A stretch of 63,912 bases of DNA, filler included, from Octopus bimaculoides (GCF_001194135.2; 7 parts of 6 records of this genome joined end to end with filler, not necessarily neighbours in it), one strand, 5' to 3'; shown: positions 25,432-37,524, numbered from the whole stretch's first letter. Numbers and translations are program-made. The notes: a model not told the origin generated them from the sequence alone.

Positions 25432-26305
25432 TTCTCACAAATAACATTATTTTCCTAAATACTCTCACAAAAATTAAAATTATCAATATACATTGTAAAT
25501 AAATTTTCCAAATTAAATATATTATTAAATCATAACGATGCCGAGGATTACTTGCACGAACTCAGATAAATAATACTCTCAATAAACCAACAATAACTGA
25601 TATTAATAATCCCATAGAAACACTCAGCTATAAATAATAATGTGAAACCAACTGCCCCGTCCTCAACATTAAAGCCAGAAACTAACTCTGACTCCCCCTC
25701 AGCAAAATGAAATGAACCTCGATGAGTCTCTGCAATTATAAATCCAACTCACATTATAAATATAAACAAATTAACGAAAAAAATCCAACATATATATTGA
25801 TATTTTAACGAATTAGCTTCCTGTCAATAATAAACAACTCATCAAAATCAATGGCATTCTAACCTCATCAGAAACACTTAGAGCAACCACACGAACAGAC
25901 CCCAATAAAACATACATAGAATTAGAAAATCAACCACCTTTTGTAACCCTATAAATACCAATCCTAGATACAATAAATACCAATCCTAGGTACACATAAA
26001 AATAATATCATTTACATACCGCACATAACCACAAAAAAATAACTTATATAATTTTCACAAAAACAAAGCAAAAAATAACCTTAAAAATGGACAAACTAGA
26101 AAGGAAAATAAATAACTAAAGTATGTTTAATATACTCCTTACTAAGTAATTTAATTGTATCTGATAAAGGTTAAGGAAATCCTATCAAGCCTACTTTATT
26201 TGGTCCTTTTCGCAATTGAAAATATCTTAAACATTTTCGCTCCAATAACATAAAAAAGCAACTGCTAATACATGCCACCACATATGGAATTAACTCAAAA
26301 AACAT
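25432..26305 (-). pseudogene. nad1: Mitochondrial NADH dehydrogenase subunit 1 pseudogene (NUMT)
   Basis: Mitochondrial-code motifs LLERK.LSYFQLRKGPNKVGLMGFP*P (Q to stop at 26171-26173), [44 protein letters not shown] and FIWVRAS.PR.RYDL. Confidence 0.97.
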
Positions 26306-26375
26306 TATTAAGAGAAAATCCATAAAATTTTCATAAAAGGATCTTAAATCCTTCACACAATTCCGCCATCTTAAT
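26306..26375 (-). tRNA. trnL2: Mitochondrial tRNA-Leu(UUR) pseudogene (NUMT)
   Basis: ATTAAGA/TCTTAAT acceptor stem; AAGGA-TTTAAGA-TCCTT anticodon arm with TAA. Confidence 0.9.
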
Positions 26376-26436
26376 ATAATGTAGAAGTTAAACTTCATAA
26401 AATAATCCTAAATTATTTACATATAATTTATGTAAT
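26376..26436 (-). tRNA. trnL1: Mitochondrial tRNA-Leu(CUN) pseudogene, 5' end damaged (NUMT)
   Basis: AATAA-TTTAGGA-TTATT anticodon arm with TAG; GAAGT-TTA-ACTTC T arm; 5' acceptor strand runs into (ATAG)n. Confidence 0.8.
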
Positions 26437-26444
26437 CTATCTAC

Positions 26445-26483
<39 letters not shown>

Positions 26484-26539
26484 CCTACTTACTTACCTAC
26501 CTACCTATCTATCTATCCATGTATCCTTCCATCCATCTG

Positions 26540-26572
<33 letters not shown>

Positions 26573-26748
26573 ATTTATATATATATGCATAGATACACGC
26601 ATGTGCGTATGCGCGCACGCACACACACACATATTTAGAAGGTTGTTTGTTATCACCATTCAGAGAGTGTCCATTGGTTTCGCACCTATTAGGCGCATCG
26701 CTCTTCAGACTCTTCAGACTCAAATGATCGGATGTATTTATTTTTGTA

Positions 26749-26897
26749 TACGACGGGTTTCTTTCAGTTTTCTTCTTTAAAATTCACTGAAAGGACCATG
26801 GTGTTCCCGGAGCTATGGTAGAAGACACTGTCTCAATCTACAATGCAGTAGAACTCAACATGGAACCATTCATTTGGGATGGAAACTCAGTACCACA
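26749..26897 (-). mobile_element. Degenerate SINE family A 5' half
   Basis: ACGACGGGTTTCTTTCAGTTT..GCTAT.GTAGAAGACAC..GGAACCAT matches the family A reverse complement. Confidence 0.7.
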
Positions 26898-26953
26898 TAT
26901 ACATGTACACATATTCATTCATTCATACATGCATATATACATACATACAAACA

Positions 26954-27352
26954 TACTCTTTACTCTTTTACTCTTTTACTTGTTTCAGTAATTTGACTGC
27001 GGCCATGCTGGTGCACCGCCTTTAGTCGAGCAAATCGATCCCAGGTCTTATTCTGTGTAAGCCTAGTACTTATTCTATCGGTCACTTTTTGCCGAACCGC
27101 TAAGTTGCGGTGACGTAAACACACCAGCATCGGTTGTCAAGCGATGGTGGGGGGACAAACACACATATAAATATATATATACACATATACGACGGGCTTC
27201 TTTCAGTTTCCGTCTACCATATCCACTCACAAGGCTTTGGTCGGCCCGAGGCTATAGTAGAAGACACTTGCCCAAGGTGTCACGCAGTGGGACTCAACCC
27301 GGAACCGTGTGGCTTGTAAGCAAGCTACTTACCACACAGCCACTCCTGCGCC
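26954..27352 (-). mobile_element. SINE family A, full length
   Basis: Head GGCGCAGGAGTGGCTGTGTGGTAAG (A-box-like) and GGTTGAGTCCC (B-box-like); (AAAAGAGT)n tail. Confidence 0.92.
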
Positions 27353-27746
27353 TACATACATACATATATATGTATGTATACACACGCATACATATATGCA
27401 TATATATATATATATATATATATATGCATACATATATACATACTCATCCACTCACACACATACACACACACACGCACACAAACACACACGCGCGCACATA
27501 TATATTTGTAAATATGCACACTCTCACATATATTTGCGTACAAAGACATATATCAGGACCTAACAATCAACAAGTGTTTTAATTACGTTGTTTTTTTTAT
27601 TTATATTTTGCTATAGGGTCGTTTTGGCCCTTTTTATATCGTTAATTGAAAAAATTAACTTGACATAAAACAGATTTGTTATTTCTCATCACATAACTAC
27701 GTTTCAGGAATTTCTTCCAAGTTGACTTTCGTAGTAGTTGGTTTCT

Positions 27747-27784
<38 letters not shown>

Positions 27785-28466
27785 ATGTTATTTATTTTGG
27801 TGTGTTTCTTGGCCCGAAGCTCATCTGCTTCAAGAGAAATTTACAGACAGTATTCTTATAGTCCGCGTAGATCTGAAAGTCGAACAGACTAACTATTCTT
27901 TATGGCTTCACCTTTTAAACAAACTTTTACTCATCTTTTTGCGCCATCATTGCAGAACAATATTTCCATAGTTCTTGCCTGGCCAAAATTTCTAGATCTC
28001 GCTCTTACGTGCACGCACGAACACACACACGCACACATACACACACACACACACACACGGCATACGCACGCACGCACGTACACATAAACACGCATACTTA
28101 CACATGCAGACGTACCCCGCCTTGCACGCATACGCATACGTGTTCAATATACGCAGAGACACATATGAAAATTACATTCTGGAAGTATGTATGAAGATAT
28201 GCTTGTAAGCGCGTTTGCGTATTTGCGTGTATGTGTCTGTATATGCGTGCGTGTGTGTGTTTCTATGTGTGTTTCTGCGTGTGTGCGTACGTGTAGGATA
28301 CTGTATACTTTAGTGGAGACAACCCACAGAACATGGATGTATATTTATAAACAAGAACGATGATATCTATGTATACACACACTTAAACATACATACGCGT
28401 ACGTGGGGTGCATATATATGTGTGTATGTCTATGCATATGTATATATATATATTTATACATACATG

Positions 28467-28546
<80 letters not shown>

Positions 28547-29226
28547 NNNNNNNNNNNNNNNNNNNNNNNNNNNNNNNNNNNNNNNNNNNNNNNNNNNNNN
28601 NNNNNNNNNNNNNNNNNNNNNNNNNNNNNNNNNNNNNNNNNNNNNNNNNNNNNNNNNNNNNNNNNNNNNNNNNNNNNNNNNNNNNNNNNNNNNNNNNNNN
28701 NNNNNNNNNNNNNNNNNNNNNNNNNNNNNNNNNNNNNNNNNNNNNNNNATATATATATATATATATACACATGTGCATACGTACATAAATACATACTTAT
28801 ATAAAGACATACACACACGCACACACAATCTGTGTAGGACGTGCAGAATGCTAAAGAAGTTCACTATGCAAGAAAATGGGCTTGAGTATATATATAAAGA
28901 GTAAAGGTAGTAAGAAGAATATAAGCAGGGGAATAATGTTCATAGCTCATTTTTTTACAGAGGATATGGATGCTAGTCAGTACTTCCATAAAGGTACGAG
29001 TTTTTAGTTAAAACTCAAATATTGTCTGGATTTACCTGAGGTTTTAACTAATAGCCTGTACCTTCATGGACGTATCGATAAACATCCATATCCTCTGGAA
29101 AAAGATGAGTTGAGAACATTATTCTCCTGCTTATTTTCTTCTAACTACCGTTATCTTTATTCTTCTATATTATTACTTTATTCGTCTATTTTATTCCTCA
29201 TAAACTGTGTATTTTATTCCTCGTAA

Positions 29227-29961
29227 GCTGTAAATCATCGGAGGAGGCACTCTCACGCCAGTACATTCGCCACAGCCAGAGATGATGACCAGTGCGGGAC
29301 CAGCTACACAGAGGAGGCAACCGACAACCTCAGTACCACCCCCAAAAATGATGAACAAACCATTATCATCAACATCGATAGAGTGAAAGTGACCGCACCA
29401 TATGTTACCATCAGTACAATCGCCACAGCTAGAGACGATGACCAATCCGAGACCAGTGACACAGAGGAGGCAACCGGCGACCCCAGTACCACCACCTCAG
29501 ATGTTAACCAAACATTTATCATCGACACCGATGGAGTGACTGGTCCCGCACAATATGGTATCACCAGCCACACCCACGCTAATGCCGGCAGCATCATCGC
29601 CAACCATATGACTAGAAACGATAACTACGATGATATCACCGCCGGATCATTGCGTCATAACGACAACGTCAGCAACATTCCCAGACCCGGAGCCACCTAG
29701 AGATATACTAGGAGTGCGAATATAGTCACCTTCCAAGTTTGTAAATATATCAGGTCAGCCAGTACATCTTTCAAAGGATGCTTCCGTAACCATCAGTCAT
29801 CCTTCAGAGATTCAGAAAGACGTTTTGTCACGTCCTTAGCCAGCCGCGTGTGGGAGCTTAAAGATCAAGGAACACCATGTGATACTAGGTGGAAAATAAT
29901 AGAACACCCAGGCCCATATGTTAATGGGAGTGACCTTTGCGAAACCTGGCACGTTGAATAG
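29227..29961 (+). pseudogene. Penelope-like element coding remnant: Thr/Asp-rich duplicated segment followed in frame by a GIY-YIG endonuclease fragment
   Basis: One frame, open 29227-29697, single TAG at 29698-29700, then open to 29961. The 3' part reads KYIRSASTSFKGCFRNHQSSFR..TSLASRVWELKDQG....RWKIIE...PY.NGSDLC, matching the PLE GIY-YIG pattern YIG.T...FK.R..NH..SF..T.LS..VW.LK....W.I....Y...C. Confidence 0.75.
29259..29564 (+). repeat. 153-bp (51-codon) direct tandem repeat, 2 copies
   Basis: Units start at 29259 and 29412: CAGTACA.TCGCCACAGC.AGAGA.GATGACCA..CACAGAGGAGGCAACCG..CAGTACCACC..TTATCATC.ACA.CGAT.GAGTGA. Confidence 0.9.
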
Positions 29962-30189
29962 TCGTTGAGAAATTTTCTCTAAATGTGTACATTTCAAGCG
30001 CTACCGACTGGAAAATTGGTTCTCCCCGTTTGTTGGTTAGGCTAATACGTGTCTGTAAAGGCTTTTTTGTCCTCTGGTCCAAGGGAGATAAACCGTCCTC
30101 ATAAACACTTTTATACGTTGGCCCTTAAATCTCGTTATCTTAGCATTTCCTCAAATCCGCGTGGTGGAAAGTTAAATTTTGTCTTTGTA

Positions 30190-30253
30190 TAGAGTCTGAC
30201 GAGCTGTCCACATGATTGTGGCTTTCATGGATACGAAACCATTGGTAACTCTA
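30190..30253 (+). ncRNA. Minimal type I hammerhead ribozyme (PLE-associated)
   Basis: Stem I TAGAGT/ACTCTA; core CTGACGA (30196-30202); stem II closed by G30203-C30234; GAAA (30235-30238); very short stem III within the palindrome ACCATTGGT; cleavage triplet GTA (30245-30247). Confidence 0.8.
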
Positions 30254-30333
30254 AAACCAGAATTTAACTTTTTGTTGTAAAACTTACTGTTCTATTCTTT
30301 AAAGTGTTCTTCTTTTCTGATATATGTTTTATT

Positions 30334-30375
<42 letters not shown>

Positions 30376-30798
30376 NNNNNNNNNNNNNNNNNNNNNNNNN
30401 NNNNNNNNNNNNNNNNNNNNNNNNNNNNNNNNNNNNNNNNNNNNNNNNNNNNNNNNNNNNNNNNNNNNNNNNNNNNNNNNNNNNNNNNNNNNNNNNNNNN
30501 NNNNNNNNNNNNNNNNNNNNNNNNNNNNNNNNNNNNNNNNNNNNNNNNNNNNNNNNNNNNNNNNNNNNNNNNNNNNNNNNNNNNNNNNNNNNNNNNNNNN
30601 NNNAATAGCATAGAACATCCTTTTATTGCAAAAAAATTTGTCAGCCATGAGACACAAACTCACATCTCAGTGATTTACTGGTTGCAGTGCTTTACCTTTA
30701 AGCTAAACTGTCCACTAACAAAATCCTTCTGCAATTTGTGAACTTATAAATTTAGCTTTTATAGACGTTATGTAAAAATGCGATATATGTAAACAAAA

Positions 30799-31016
30799 GA
30801 CAGCGAACTGGCAGAAAGGTTAGCACGCCGGGTGAAATGCTTAATGGTATTTCGTCTGCCTTTACATTCTGAGTTCAAATTCTGCCGATGTTGACTTTGC
30901 CTTTCATCCTTTCGGGATCGATAAATTAAGTACCAGTTGGGTACTGGGGGCGATCTAATCAACTGGCCCCCTCCCCCAAAATTTCGGGCTTTGTGCCTAA
31001 AGTAGAAAAGAATATT
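30799..31016 (+). mobile_element. SINE family B, near-consensus
   Basis: GCGAACTGGCAGAAAGGTTAG..GAGTTCAAATTC..GACTTTGCCTTTCATCCTTTCGGG..GTGCCTAAAGTAGAAAAGAAT. Confidence 0.9.
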
Positions 31017-31252
31017 TTATTCTCAAGCGCATAATATATGCATATCGGCAAATGATATAAGCTATGGCGGGACAATCGAAAACGTAGTACTCATCGAAGT
31101 CTTTCTCTATATGAATTTGTTACTGAATTACACAGTCCCTATATCCTCAAGTTGTCGTCAGAGATGTAGTATATTAGTAGCCGGATTTGTTGGAAATCTG
31201 TACAAATGACGTAATTATTCGCCGACATACATACATACATACATGAAAATAT

Positions 31253-31650
31253 TCTCTTTTATTTGTTCCAGTCGTTTGACTGCGGCCATGCTAGAGCACC
31301 GCCTTCAGTCGAGCATATCGACCCTGGGACTTATTCTTTGTAAGCTTAGTATTTATTCTATCGGTCTCTTTCGCCGAACCGCTAGATGACGGGGACATAA
31401 ACACACCAGCATCGGTTGTCAAGCAATGCTAGGGGGACAAACACAGGCACACAAACATACACACACACACATATATATATATACAAATATACGACGGGTT
31501 TCTTTCAGTTTCCGTCTACCAAATCCACTCACAAGGCTTTGGTCGGCCCTAGGCTATAGTAGAAGACATTTGCCCAAGATGCCACGCAGTGGGACTGAAC
31601 CCGGAGCCATGTGGTTCGTAACCAAGCTACTTACCACACAGCCACTCCTG
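31253..31650 (-). mobile_element. SINE family A, full length
   Basis: Aligns end to end with 26954-27352. Confidence 0.9.
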
Positions 31651-31725
<75 letters not shown>

Positions 31726-33304
31726 GGCAGAACTAATAAAAACAAATTAGGATGATTAGACTAGAGATACAAGAAAATATTTGCTGTGGTACTGGATTTC
31801 AGAGGCGTACAAAGGCGCAGACTTTATTTATATAATGAAAATTAATGCACAGTCAGCAAAATATGGCATTAGGTCAGTCGAAAATACACATATGAAATGG
31901 ATTTTAAAGAGAAACTAACAAAATAATACCAAGGAGGAGAAAGAATGGGAAAGAAAAGAAAATACGAGAAAAGAAATCGTGGATGACTGCTTTCAAATCA
32001 AAATAAGAAATTGTTATATCTGGCGCATATCTCTTTGAACTAATCAAAATTATTTGTCAAAATTCTAAAATTACCGAAAAAAATCGGCAATAGAATTTTG
32101 AGACCAGTATCGTTAATAAGCAGTCCATTGTTTTAAAAATGAAACTAGAATATAAATTTCAACATTTTGACAAATAAAATAAAAATAATTTATTTTAATG
32201 GTTGATGAATTTGTTGATAAATTAGTCGCAAAATATTTACCATATTATATGTGTGTGTGTGTGTGTTTCTGTATGTATGTATGTATGTATGTATTTGGTA
32301 AACACACGCACACCCATATATTATACGTGTGTGTGCCTATCTATGTCTGTCTGGATATGAATATACATACATACACACATACATACATGTATATGTGTGT
32401 GTCTGTGTGTGTGTGTGTGTCTGTGTGTGTGTGTGTGTGGTACTGACTTCAATTTGAAAAAAATTGAGACTGAGCAGAGTTTCCCACGAATTCATGACGT
32501 AATTAATACATATTATCTACCATTCTATCATTCCCAACATCTCTATTATAGGTAATAGCTGATACACGCTATCTACAACGCTATCTATAATGTTTAGCTG
32601 TGGTTTAAGAAATTAATAATAGTATGGATTTAGAAGAATGTCCGTGAACTGACCATTAGGATTTCCCAAGTGTCTGACATCATGGCGATGACGTCTGTGA
32701 ATGCAGACACAGCTGTTCAATGTGCCAGTACGAGGGGAATGCATTTTCGCAGTAATAACTCCATTGTCAGAAGAGGTAGCTGAGAAAAAAAGAGTTTAAT
32801 CCTTGGCGGAACGGTCATTCAGTATAAAATAGTTTTGCAAAATAGTCGCTTAGTTTGTACGTTGTTTGCACAGCACTGTACGTTTTTGCGATCCAGTCTC
32901 TGAAGAAGAAACTGCAGCCTGTTGTTCTGAGGGAAGTTATCGGGTAGCAATTGTCATTTAGATTGTAAGCATTAAACGGATTCAAATAGATAATCACTTT
33001 ATCACAGCTAAAAATATTCCCGATTCATATCACAAAGAATCTTATGAGAAAGAGAAGACTGTGAATTGATCTTTAAATTGAATGTTGCATAAGTTTATAT
33101 GTTCTCGAGGTCACTATCGACAATAAACGCGAAGTTCTTGGTGAGCGCTATTACTAAAATCTTTAAATGTGATTTTGGCAAATTTATGAGCCTGAAGTCG
33201 TATATTTCAATAACCTTTCTCGTTCCCTTCCTCCACAACATCACCAAACTCAGTTCACCTTAGCGAGAGAGCTATCAGCCAGCTGATAATTACTGTAGGT
33301 TATA

Positions 33305-33515
33305 GGCGGCAAGCGAGCAGAATCATTTGCACGTCAGTCAATGAGATTAGCGGCATATCTTCCGGCTTTATGTTCTGAGTTCAAATTCCGCCGAGGTCGA
33401 CTCTGCCTTTCATCCTCTCAGGATCAATTAAATAATTATCAGTCGAGCATTGGAGTCAATGTATCGACTCACCCACTTCCACAAAATTTCGGGCCTCGTG
33501 CCTAAAACTGAAGCA
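33305..33515 (+). mobile_element. SINE family B
   Basis: GCAGAATC..GAGTTCAAATTCCGCCGAGGTCGAC..GCCTTTCATCC..AAATTTCGGGCC. Confidence 0.85.
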
Positions 33516-34569
33516 TTTGCTTTAGCCTGGAAATAAGACAACAGAGATCAAGACTGACATGAATAAATAAGTAAAGCTGGCGGAACGAACATTCAGTTTT
33601 GGCGAATTACCCCTTGCGCAAATACTCAACACCGTCGCTAGCTCAGTTATTGAAAATTACATGCCGTAGTACTCTACGTTTTCGGTCGAGAGGTGCAGTA
33701 GCCTCTTTAGGTAGGTATCCAGTTATACTGCCTTCAAACGATCAATATCTGGCTGACCGTTCAGCAATGTCGTGCTGGGAAACCACACGTCTTCCTGGAA
33801 CCAGGCATCACACGCTCGTTACGGACAACAAAATTTTGAAATGTTTTATTTTTTTATCAGTTTGTTTGTTTGCTGGCTTACATGCTAGTCCATAAACGTT
33901 CAGATTTTGTCGGTCTTGTTGCAAACAAAATTTGTGATTTGTAGACACCGATCACTTATTTCCCCTGTCTCAAGATTTTTCTCTTTTATCGACCCATTCA
34001 GTCTATATTAGTTTTGAAATTCTTCTAATCGTTGATGTTGTGATCGTTCTCATTCGAATGATTGGAGGATGTTGAGAATTTTTTGTTTCTTTTTATTTCT
34101 GTGTTTTTTATCACTTTCCTTGATTTTGATAGCAGCATTTCTTCATAAGCCTGTTTGTATACTTCTGACAGGTACATGATGAAGCCGGGCTATACAGCGG
34201 ATGAAATCTTACGACTGTAAAAACAAAGTTGGGGTCTCTAGTATGAGTATACCAGTATATATAATAAACTATGCATAATATTTAGAAAATAGCACAGCTC
34301 GACACTGCACATATCGTACGTAAACCACGTTCAATTCAATAGAAACAACAAAGCCAAAACAAATATATACACAAAGGTGCACAGAGCTGGGCATCATCAT
34401 CGTCTGGCTAATGCGTTTATAGGCACCACATTACAACATTGTCCAGCATACAGATGGATACATTATATCATTTTCGAACGCTAAGTTGATATCAGTGGGA
34501 TTTAGACTGTAAACGAACTACAAAACACCTAATACCCTACTTCGTTGTTCACGATTCTGCCGTGATTAT

Positions 34570-34771
34570 CCTTATTACTATAAGTACAAAGGCTGAAATT
34601 GGTGGGAGAGGGTAAGTCAATTAAATCTGCCTCAGTGTTTAACTGGTATTTATTTTATCATCTCCGAAAGGATGAAGAGCAAAGTCGACCGTGGTGGAAT
34701 TTGAACTCAGAACATAAAAACGGACGAAATGCCGCCAAGCATTGTCCGGCATGCTAACGGTTCTACCAGCT
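34570..34771 (-). mobile_element. SINE family B
   Basis: AAAGTCGACC..GGAATTTGAACTCAGAACATAAA..GCTAACGGTTCTACCAGC. Confidence 0.8.
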
Positions 34772-34774
34772 AAA

Positions 34775-35060
34775 AAAATTGAGTTTGCAAGAAACTGGAG
34801 TATGAAAACTGTAAGGTTGTGCCTATAACAACTGGTGCATTGGGAACTATAAGCAAATATATAGACAAATTGTTAAAGGAGATTGGAATAGAATATCCTG
34901 TAGAACTTCTACAGAAAGTTTGCCTCTTAGGGACGGAAAGGATTATCAGGAGGGTTCTAAGCACTTGAAAGACTATTGGAAGCTTCTGGATAATTAAGGT
35001 TACAGGTAATAACCCTCTACCCACATAAATCTTACAAGGGATATGACCGAACCGAATGAT
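34775..35060 (+). mobile_element. R4/Dong-type LINE 3' fragment (RLE C-terminus)
   Basis: KVVPITTGALGTISKYIDKLLKEIGIEYPVELLQKVCLLGTERIIRRVLST* followed by a short 3' UTR. Confidence 0.8.
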
Positions 35061-35064
35061 CCAT

Positions 35065-35665
<601 letters not shown>

Positions 35666-35765
35666 NNNNNNNNNNNNNNNNNNNNNNNNNNNNNNNNNNN
35701 NNNNNNNNNTTAATTAATTAANNNNNNNNNNNNNNNNNNNNNNNNNNNNNNNNNNNNNNNNNNNN
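35666..35765. other. Artificial assembly spacer N44-TTAATTAATTAA-N44
   Basis: Core at 35710-35721. Confidence 0.95.
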
Positions 35766-36687
35766 TAAGGTATTTGAGGACATACCTTTTTTGAATCATT
35801 GCTGCATTTTTTTTTCACTAACTCTGTATAATCTTTGTTTCAGAAAATAATAATGGCAGACCTTCAGCTTACTCCAGAAATGAAGAGGCATTATTGTGAT
35901 TATAAAGGCTGAGCATAGTGATTTAGAAATACCTCAATTTTTAAAAGTTGTTAGGAGTTAGAGACTGAAGATGGAAACATATCACCAGTATCAAAGCTTA
36001 AAAAGCATTCTAAATGCTCTGAAATCATTAGAACACCTGAATTTACCCAGCATGTTCAACAGACTGTTGATTACAATCCCAGAAAGTCCATGAGGTCAAT
36101 TGCAAATGATTTCCAGGTGTCAGAAGGAACAGTTAGAAACGTTGTCCACGAAAACATCAGATATAAGTCTTATATGATGAGGAAAGGTCAATTTGTCAGA
36201 AAAAGCAAAATAAAACCACTAAATCAGATCTAAAAGGTTCTCAAACAAACTGAAAAATCCAGCAGAAGAAGATTTGATTTGGTTTTTCTCAAAAGAGAAA
36301 AACTTCGCCCAAGATCAAAAAGTTAACAGAAGAAATGACAGATGGTTATGTACAGACCCTTCTGAAGTTCTAAGTGTTATGCATACAAAATTTCCTGCAA
36401 CTGTCATGGTTTTAGGGGTTGTCAGCAATGAAGGACATGTGATGCCTCCTTCTTTCCACAAGGCCTTAGAGTTAACTCTACTGCCTACATTGAGGTCCTG
36501 GAAATAATTGTTAAGCCCTGCATAGACAGTGTATGCAATGGAATGCCATATGTGTTTCAGTAAGACTCTGCACTATCACACATGGCTCTAGTAACACAGG
36601 AATGAATGGCTGAAAATTTTCATGATCACATAACCCCTAACATTTGGCCTCCTAATTCCTCAGATCTCAATCCATTGAACTATTACA
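35766..36687 (+). mobile_element. Tc1/mariner DD37D (maT-like) transposase remnant
   Basis: WFFS.EKNF.QDQKVNRRNDRW..TKFPATVMVLGVVSNEGHVMPP; Q*DSA followed 37 residues later by L[N]YY after WPPNSSDLNP; multiple stops and frameshifts; ends in a gap. Confidence 0.9.
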
Positions 36688-37156
36688 NNNNNNNNNNNNN
36701 NNNNNNNNNNNNNNNNNNNNNNNNNNNNNNNNNNNNNNNNNNNNNNNNNNNNNNNNNNNNNNNNNNNNNNNNNNNNNNNNNNNNNNNNNNNNNNNNNNNN
36801 NNNNNNNNNNNNNNNNNNNNNNNNNNNNNNNNNNNNNNNNNNNNNNNNNNNNNNNNNNNNNNNNNNNNNNNNNNNNNNNNNNNNNNNNNNNNNNNNNNNN
36901 NNNNNNNNNNNNNNNNNNNNNNNNNNNNNNNNNNNNNNNNNNNNNNNNNNNNNNNNNNNNNNNNNNNNNNNNNNNNNNNNNNNNNNNNNNNNNNNNNNNN
37001 NNNNNNNNNNNNNNNNNNNNNNNNNNNNNNNNNNNNNNNNNNNNNNNNNNNNNNNNNNNNNNNNNNNNNNNNNNNNNNGAATGACTGAACAAATGTAGAA
37101 CAGCAGCAAAATAATGCATTTTGCTTGAGTTACATATTTCAAATGTGAGTTAGACA

Positions 37157-37202
37157 CAACTTTTAGCATTCAGATTACCCTGTAAAATGTTATACATATT
37201 CA

Positions 37203-37233
<31 letters not shown>

Positions 37234-37524
37234 CCCAGTGTTTTAAATCCGGGTTTTGTCCCCGTTAACAGGGGTGACTGGATCTACCTCAATGCCATAG
37301 CAACTGCTCTCACACCATCTCACCATCTTGCCCGGGTTTTGATGTGAATTAATAATGATGCATTATCTCATAGCACTGAGATTTCAATGGCGTGATTGTT
37401 TATGTTTTGAATGACAATGTTAGATTATTAGGTAGGTGTGAAAGGCCAGATCTAGCCAGTTTGAACATAAAACACGTAGAAGATTTGGAGCCAGATATGG
37501 CTGGTTTAAATGCTAAAGGGATAA
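37157..37524. mobile_element. Non-autonomous MITE-like DNA element with short TIRs, interrupted by a (CAT)n-tailed insert (about 37202-37330)
   Basis: Left end AACTTTTAGCATT versus right end AATGCTAAAGGGATAA (inverted, consistent with degenerate TTAA-CCC..GGG-TTAA piggyBac-type ends); resembles an abundant octopus repeat from memory, not verified. Confidence 0.55.

Larger units (their letters stand above)
25318..26436 (-). pseudogene. NUMT: nuclear copy of mitochondrial trnL1-trnL2-nad1-trnP-nad6(5')
   Basis: Continuous block with mitochondrial gene order; component genes listed separately; contains stops and a 22-bp tandem duplication. Confidence 0.95.

Noticed and set aside
26171-26398. 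ORF as a functional nuclear or mitochondrial ND1
   Set aside because: The ORF starts inside tRNA sequence and stops at a nonsense mutation; the rest of nad1 has further stops and a frameshifting duplication.
29259-29564. CRISPR array or any prokaryotic system
   Set aside because: No short repeat-spacer periodicity anywhere in the window; the repeats are microsatellites, minisatellites or TE-internal duplications in eukaryotic DNA.
37171-37184. TTACCCTG-TA as the 3' TIR of the DD37D element at 35766
   Set aside because: Better explained as the left end of the MITE-like element 37157-37524, whose right end is its inverted counterpart.
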